Shown here piece after piece: positions 27,551-32,000 of a stretch of 32,000 bases of DNA. A program made the translations under genes and the position numbers. Source of the stretch: Halorhodospira halophila SL1 (lineage in GTDB: Bacteria > Pseudomonadota > Gammaproteobacteria > Nitrococcales > Halorhodospiraceae). Where the stretch lies: assembly GCF_000015585.1 (NCBI RefSeq), contig NC_008789.1, positions 1,440,001 to 1,472,000 of the forward strand. Direction: 5' to 3'. How positions within the stretch are numbered: position 1 is the first letter of the stretch; each line of letters begins with the position of its first letter. The notes under the pieces were generated by a model, which worked only from the letters and a program-made list of their open reading frames with translations, was not told where the DNA came from and did not search any database.

Positions 27551-28789
27551 ATGGCCGCCTTACAACGCCTGCTCAGTTCCGCCTGGCTGCTCCACCTGCT
27601 GGTGCTAGCCGCCCTGGCAGGCTGGATCCTCGTGCTCAACGCCCCGTTCCCGCGCCCCGCGGTCGCGCTGCTGGAGGCCCACCAGCTGGAGATTCTTGGC
27701 GTCGGGGGCGGCCTCGTGGCCGTGCTGGCGCTGCTCTACCGGCGCGCCAACCTGGCCCTCCAGGCGGCGGTCATCAGCCTGTCGATCGCTGGCCTGGGCG
27801 TAGCGCCCTCACCTGCCCACGGCGTCACAGCCGCTGCCATCCTCTTGCCGATCAATATCCTGATCCTGGCGCTACTCGACGAACGCGGTCTGCTAAGCCG
27901 GGATGGGCTGTGGCGCTGCGCGGCCCTGGTGCTGCAGGTCCTGCTGGTGCTGGGCCTTTTCCGCCACCAGCCGGCTTGGCTGGAGGCCCTGGCGGCGACG
28001 CATTTCCTGCCTGCGGCCGTCAGCAGCTGGAGCAGTCTACCCGACCAGGGCCTGCTGCTCGGCGTCCTGGCCGTTGCCGGCCTGCTCTCCTGGGCCCTGC
28101 TCCACCCCAACCCGCCCCATATCGGCGCCTTCAGCGCGCTGGTCACGGCAACCGTCGGCCTGGAGCTGAGCCTGATGCGCCACGGGAGCCTGGTGCTGCC
28201 TACCCTGCTGGCCGTCGTCGCCCTCCACCTGCTGCTCTTCGCCGTGTTGCAGGAGGCCCACCGCATGGCCTTCCGTGATGGGCTCACCGGCTTGCCCAAC
28301 CGGCGCGCTATGGACACCCTGACGCAGGGGCTGAGCGGCCGCTACACCATCGCCATGATGGACATCGACCACTTCAAGGCGTTTAACGATACCTACGGGC
28401 ACGAGATCGGCGACCAGGTGCTGCGCCGTGTAGCCTCAAATATCGGCCGTGTCGGCGCAGGCGGCCGGCCCTTCCGCTACGGCGGTGAGGAGTTCTCCGT
28501 GGTCTTTCCGGGCCGCAGCCCGGATGAGGCTGTCGGGGCACTGGAGGCCGTGCGCCAGGCGATCGCCGACACCCCGTTTCGCCTGCGCAGCGCCGACCGG
28601 CCGGCGGACGATAAGCGTGGCAGTCGCGAACGCTCGGGCCAGCGGGGTGAGCAGGAGACCCGGATTACCATCAGCATCGGCGTCGCCGAGCCCGAATCCA
28701 CCTCGGCGAGCGCCGACGACGTCGTCCAGGCCGCCGACCAGGCGCTTTACCGGGCCAAGAAGGGCGGACGCAACCGCCTGGCTCGGTAG
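27551..28789 (+). CDS. Diguanylate cyclase (GGDEF) with a polytopic (~7 TM) N-terminal domain
   Basis: GGAGA lies upstream of the ATG at 27551. About 240 aa of hydrophobic helices are followed by RDGLTGLPNRR, DIDHFKAFNDTYGHEIGDQVL, the active-site RYGGEEF (28481-28495) and ADQALYRAKKGGRNR. Confidence 0.9.
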   Translation: MAALQRLLSSAWLLHLLVLAALAGWILVLNAPFPRPAVALLEAHQLEILGVGGGLVAVLALLYRRANLALQAAVISLSIAGLGVAPSPAHGVTAAAILLPINILILALLDERGLLSRDGLWRCAALVLQVLLVLGLFRHQPAWLEALAATHFLPAAVSSWSSLPDQGLLLGVLAVAGLLSWALLHPNPPHIGAFSALVTATVGLELSLMRHGSLVLPTLLAVVALHLLLFAVLQEAHRMAFRDGLTGLPNRRAMDTLTQGLSGRYTIAMMDIDHFKAFNDTYGHEIGDQVLRRVASNIGRVGAGGRPFRYGGEEFSVVFPGRSPDEAVGALEAVRQAIADTPFRLRSADRPADDKRGSRERSGQRGEQETRITISIGVAEPESTSASADDVVQAADQALYRAKKGGRNRLAR

Positions 28790-28846
28790 AAACCCACCGC
28801 GAGAACCACTACGGGATTGCAGACTGCCGATAAGGAGCTTTCCGGC

Positions 28847-29590
28847 ATGAGGAGCGAGCACAACACCACCTACGCCGAGACGGTGTGGGTCATCAAGACC
28901 GGACGCACCCTGCCCCCTCTGCGCTGGCAGGGCGACTTTGAGGACTGGATCGGCGCCGGCCTGGGGGGCACGCCCTGGCGCACCGTAGACGCCACTGACG
29001 GCCCCGCCTCCCTGCCGGACCCTTTACGCTCGGCCGGAATCATCGTCACGGGCTCGCCGGCAATGGTCTCCCATCGCGAGCCGTGGAGCGAGGCGGCGGC
29101 CGAATGGCTGTCCCGGGCCGCTCACGCGGATATCCCGATTCTGGGGATCTGCTACGGCCACCAGTTGCTGGCCCACGCGCTGGGCGGACGCGCCGGACCC
29201 AACCCACGGGGCCGGGAGATCGGCACGGTCTCGGTCCAGCGCCTGGCGCCGGCCGGCGACGACCCCTTATTCGCCCACCTGCCGGAGCGCTTCCCGGCCC
29301 ACGTCACCCACGAGGAGTCCGTCCTGGAACTCCCGGAGGGGGCCGTCACGCTGGCCGCCAACGATCACGACGCCTACCAGGCCTTCCGCTGGGGAAGACA
29401 CGCCTGGGGCGTGCAGTTCCACCCGGAATTCGACACCGCCATCACCCGCGGCTACATCTTCCAGCGCCGCCCCGACCTGCGCCGGGAGGGCTTCACCCCC
29501 CTGGCCCTCTACCGCGGGGTCGAGGCGACGCCAGAGGCGACGGGGCTGCTCAAGCGCTTCGCTGGCTACGCAACTGCCTGGGCACGCTAG
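28847..29590 (+). CDS. Class I glutamine amidotransferase-like protein (GuaA-N/GATase1 family)
   Basis: AAGGAG lies 9 nt upstream of ATG 28847. The nucleophile elbow ILGICYGHQLLAHALGG and the HPE triad element (WGVQFHPEF) are present. Confidence 0.8.
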   Translation: MRSEHNTTYAETVWVIKTGRTLPPLRWQGDFEDWIGAGLGGTPWRTVDATDGPASLPDPLRSAGIIVTGSPAMVSHREPWSEAAAEWLSRAAHADIPILGICYGHQLLAHALGGRAGPNPRGREIGTVSVQRLAPAGDDPLFAHLPERFPAHVTHEESVLELPEGAVTLAANDHDAYQAFRWGRHAWGVQFHPEFDTAITRGYIFQRRPDLRREGFTPLALYRGVEATPEATGLLKRFAGYATAWAR

Positions 29591-29633
29591 CTAGCGGCCC
29601 GGGCTGCGTGGCCGCGCCCCCGGCCGCCAGCTA
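29588..29633. terminator. Imperfect GC-rich hairpin spanning both stop codons of convergent genes
   Basis: TAGCT-A-GCGGCC (29588-29599) pairs with GGCCGC-C-AGCTA (29622-29633): 11 bp with one mismatch and a 22-nt partly self-pairing loop. No U-tract. Confidence 0.3.
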
Positions 29634-30728
29634 CTCAGAGGAACCGCCGACGACGATGTTGGGGAATGCGCTGCCGGTGCTGCGCTCGCGCAGCGAGAGC
29701 TGAGCCGCCACACTGCGCGCCATGTGTCGGTAGTCGGTGGCGATCCGGCCCTCGGGGTCGGCGGCCACTGTGGGGTAGCCGCTATCCGACTGCTCGCGGA
29801 TGGTGATGTCCAGCGGCAACGAGCCGAGCAGATGCACCCCGTACTGGCTGGCCATGGCCGCCCCGCCGCCGCTGCCGAAGATGTGCTCCTCATGGCCGCA
29901 GTTCGAGCAGATGTGGGTACTCATGTTCTCGACGATGCCGAGCACCGCCACATCCACCTTCTCGAACATGCGCAGCCCCTTGCGCGCATCGAGCAGCGCG
30001 ATGTCCTGGGGGGTGGTGACGATCACACCACCGCTGACCGGCACCTTCTGGGCCAGGGTGAGCTGGATGTCGCCGGTCCCCGGAGGCATATCGACGATCA
30101 GGTAGTCGAGCGCCTCCCACGCGGTCTCGGTGAGCAGCTGCTCCAGGGCCTGGGTGACCATGGGGCCACGCCAGATCATCGGGGTCTCCTCGTCGACCAG
30201 GAAGCCGGCCGACATCACCTGGATGCCGTGCCCGAGCATCGGCTGCATGTGCTTGCCGTCTTTCGACTCGGGCTGCCCGCGAACACCGAGCATACGCGGC
30301 TGGCTCGGGCCGTAGATGTCGGCGTCGAGCACGCCGACCCGGGCGCCATCGGCCTGCAGGGCGAGCGCCAGGTTGGCCGTAACCGTCGACTTGCCCACCC
30401 CCCCCTTGCCGGAGGCAACGGCGATGATGTTCTTGATCTCGTCCCGCGCTTTCACCCCCGGCTGCACGGCGTGGGCGTGGATCCGCGTCTGGACCGACAC
30501 CTGAACATCCCGGCACCCGGTGGCTTGCTGGATCGCCCCGCGCAACTCGTCGGTGAGCGTCTCGCGGTACCCCCCGGCCGGGTAGCCGAGCGACACCTCT
30601 ACGCGGACGCTCTCACCGTCGACAGTGATTTCACCCAGGCACCCGGCGGAAATCAGATCCGTGCCCAAGTAGTAATCCTGGACCTGACTCACCCCCTGCT
30701 CCACGGCCTCGCGGGTCAGATTCGTCAT
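29631..30728 (-). CDS. apbC: Fe-S cluster carrier ATPase ApbC/Mrp
   Basis: ATG at 30728 (MTNLTREAVE...). N-terminal DUF59-like domain, deviant Walker A IIAVASGKGGVGKSTVTANLALAL and the CxxC motif ICSNCGH. The tracked 394-aa version has a spurious extension. Confidence 0.9.
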   Translation of the reverse strand: MTNLTREAVEQGVSQVQDYYLGTDLISAGCLGEITVDGESVRVEVSLGYPAGGYRETLTDELRGAIQQATGCRDVQVSVQTRIHAHAVQPGVKARDEIKNIIAVASGKGGVGKSTVTANLALALQADGARVGVLDADIYGPSQPRMLGVRGQPESKDGKHMQPMLGHGIQVMSAGFLVDEETPMIWRGPMVTQALEQLLTETAWEALDYLIVDMPPGTGDIQLTLAQKVPVSGGVIVTTPQDIALLDARKGLRMFEKVDVAVLGIVENMSTHICSNCGHEEHIFGSGGGAAMASQYGVHLLGSLPLDITIREQSDSGYPTVAADPEGRIATDYRHMARSVAAQLSLRERSTGSAFPNIVVGGSSE

Positions 30729-30765
30729 ACCGTTCCCCCGGCAGTCGTTGTCCCTACCGCGCCAG

Positions 30766-31188
30766 TCAGGGTGCCAGCGGCACACCCGATTGATACGCGC
30801 GGGTCCCGTCCTCATAATGCTCGTCCTTCCAGAATGGCGCCCGGACCTTCAGCGTGTCGATGGCGTAGCGCCCCGCCTCGAAGGCCTCGGCCCGGTGGGC
30901 TGCACGCACCACTACCACCACGCTCTCCTCGCCCACAGCCAACTCGCCAACGCGGTGCACGATTCGGCACGCCTGCACGCCGTAGCGCTCGGTCACCTCA
31001 GCCTCCAACTCGGCGAGCACACGCTCGGCCATCGGGCGATAAGCCGAGTAGGCGATGGCCGCCACACGTCGCCCCTCGTGGTGATCCCGCACCGTGCCGC
31101 CGAAGACCACCAGGGCCCCGGCCGAGGGGTCGGCGGTCTCGGTCAGCAGCGGCTCCAGCGCGATGGGGTCGTCGGTCACGCGATTCAT
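30766..31188 (-). CDS. moaE: Molybdopterin synthase catalytic subunit MoaE (140 aa)
   Basis: ATG at 31188 is preceded by GAGGAGG. GALVVFGGTVRD...G..V..I.Y.AY..MAE, VHR.GEL.VGE.SV and APFWK are MoaE hallmarks. The tracked 345-aa ORF is a read-through in another frame across the ABC gene. Confidence 0.85.
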   Translation of the reverse strand: MNRVTDDPIALEPLLTETADPSAGALVVFGGTVRDHHEGRRVAAIAYSAYRPMAERVLAELEAEVTERYGVQACRIVHRVGELAVGEESVVVVVRAAHRAEAFEAGRYAIDTLKVRAPFWKDEHYEDGTRAYQSGVPLAP

Positions 31189-31213
31189 GCCACCTCCTCG
31201 CCATTGTGCGTCA

Positions 31214-32000
31214 TTATGACACGGGCGACCCGTTTCCAGGCGTCTCGATCTCCAGAGCACCCAGCTGCAGGGCACAGAAACGCCGGTACAGCGGACTGTG
31301 CGCCTGCAGCTCTCGATGGGTCCCCTGCGCCTCGACGCGCCCCTGATCCAGTACCACGATGCGATCAGCGGCCACCACCGTAGCCAACCGGTGCGCGATG
31401 ACCAGCGTCGTCCGGCCGACCATGAGGCACTCCAGAGCCTGCTGAACGGCCTGCTCGCTTTCCGCATCCAGCGCGCTAGTGGCCTCGTCGAGCAGCAACA
31501 CGGCTGGGTCGCGCAGGATGGCCCGTGCGATGGCCACGCGCTGGCGCTGCCCCCCGGAGAGCTGGACGCCACCCGGGCCGAGCTCCGTCTCCAGCCCCTG
31601 GGGCAGCTGCTCGAGGAAGCCGAGGGCGTTGGCGTCGCGCGCCGCCGCCCGCACCTCGGTGTCACTGGCCTCGGGACGGCCGTAGCGAATGTTCTCGGCG
31701 GCCGTCCCGGTGAAGAGCACTGGCTCCTGGGCCACCAGCCCGAGGCATCGGCGCAGTTCGGCCGGATCCACCCCGCGCAGGTCGACGCCGTCGAGCCGCA
31801 CACTGCCGGCGTCCGGGTCGTAGAACCGCAGCAGCAACTGCAGCAGCGTGCTCTTGCCCGCCCCGGAAGGCCCTACCAGCGCCACCCGCTCCCCGGGGCG
31901 AGCCCTCAGGGTCACCCCACGCAGGGCCGGCTGCTCGGCCCGTGCCGGGTAGGCGAAGGTCACAGCATCGAAACGCACCTCTCCGCGAACCGGCTGGGGC
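31214..32000 (-). CDS. MsbA-like ABC exporter, C-terminal nucleotide-binding domain; the 5' part is off-window
   Basis: The frame stays open to base 32000 ([18 protein letters not shown]...). Walker [13 protein letters not shown]-loop VAQEP, signature [14 protein letters not shown], Walker [12 protein letters not shown] and H-loop IAHRL. TAA stop at 31214-31216. Confidence 0.88.
   Translation of the reverse strand, partial: PQPVRGEVRFDAVTFAYPARAEQPALRGVTLRARPGERVALVGPSGAGKSTLLQLLLRFYDPDAGSVRLDGVDLRGVDPAELRRCLGLVAQEPVLFTGTAAENIRYGRPEASDTEVRAAARDANALGFLEQLPQGLETELGPGGVQLSGGQRQRVAIARAILRDPAVLLLDEATSALDAESEQAVQQALECLMVGRTTLVIAHRLATVVAADRIVVLDQGRVEAQGTHRELQAHSPLYRRFCALQLGALEIETPGNGSPVS

Noticed and set aside
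30766-31803. 345-aa ORF that appears to fuse an unknown N-terminal region to MoaE.
   Set aside because: Only the last 140 aa (from ATG 31188 with GAGGAGG) are MoaE-like. The upstream part is an alternative-frame read-through across the ABC exporter NBD, whose own frame shows all ABC motifs.

Overview
This is a very GC-rich, densely coding bacterial chromosome segment. Gene content (fccB, a PYP homologue, oxygen-independent cbi genes) fits a gammaproteobacterial sulfur oxidiser or phototroph of the Ectothiorhodospiraceae type, but that is inference only. I saw no tRNA, rRNA, CRISPR array, transposase or integrase. Left part (mostly + strand): the 3' end of fccB, asmA, a full-length photoactive yellow protein (PYP) homologue 14 nt behind asmA, and a tiny acidic ORF. 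Two small secreted proteins lie on the minus strand (a CxxC thioredoxin-fold lipoprotein and a Sel1/TPR protein). A translationally coupled signalling string follows: a PAS-only ORF, a HATPase+REC ORF lacking any DHp/HisKA domain, a GlrK-like kinase and a GlrR-like sigma54 activator. Middle part (minus strand, about 24.38 kb down to 9.15 kb): a sigma70-like promoter and a clear cobalamin riboswitch, followed by 14 co-directional, mostly overlapping genes. These are a B12/iron-complex-type ABC importer (binding protein, permease, ATPase), cbiF, cbiX (long form with His8 tail), cbiC, cbiET, cbiL, cbiG split into two ORFs, cbiH with an extra C-terminal domain, cysG, a DEAH helicase and a YhiN-family flavoprotein. 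Right part: a c-di-GMP island with a GAF-HD-GYP protein, a membrane SAM-methyltransferase, a second HD-GYP protein whose HD dyad is replaced by AN, and a polytopic GGDEF cyclase. After it come a class I glutamine amidotransferase, apbC/mrp, an orphan moaE and the 3' end of an MsbA-like ABC exporter. The most interesting items are the orphan PYP with its acidic neighbour, the DHp-less kinase module coupled to GlrK/GlrR, the CbiH fusion domain, and the active/degenerate HD-GYP pair. Many ORF-track entries are GC-driven shadow ORFs or carry spurious N-terminal extensions. I re-derived start codons from stop/start overlaps and Shine-Dalgarno sequences.
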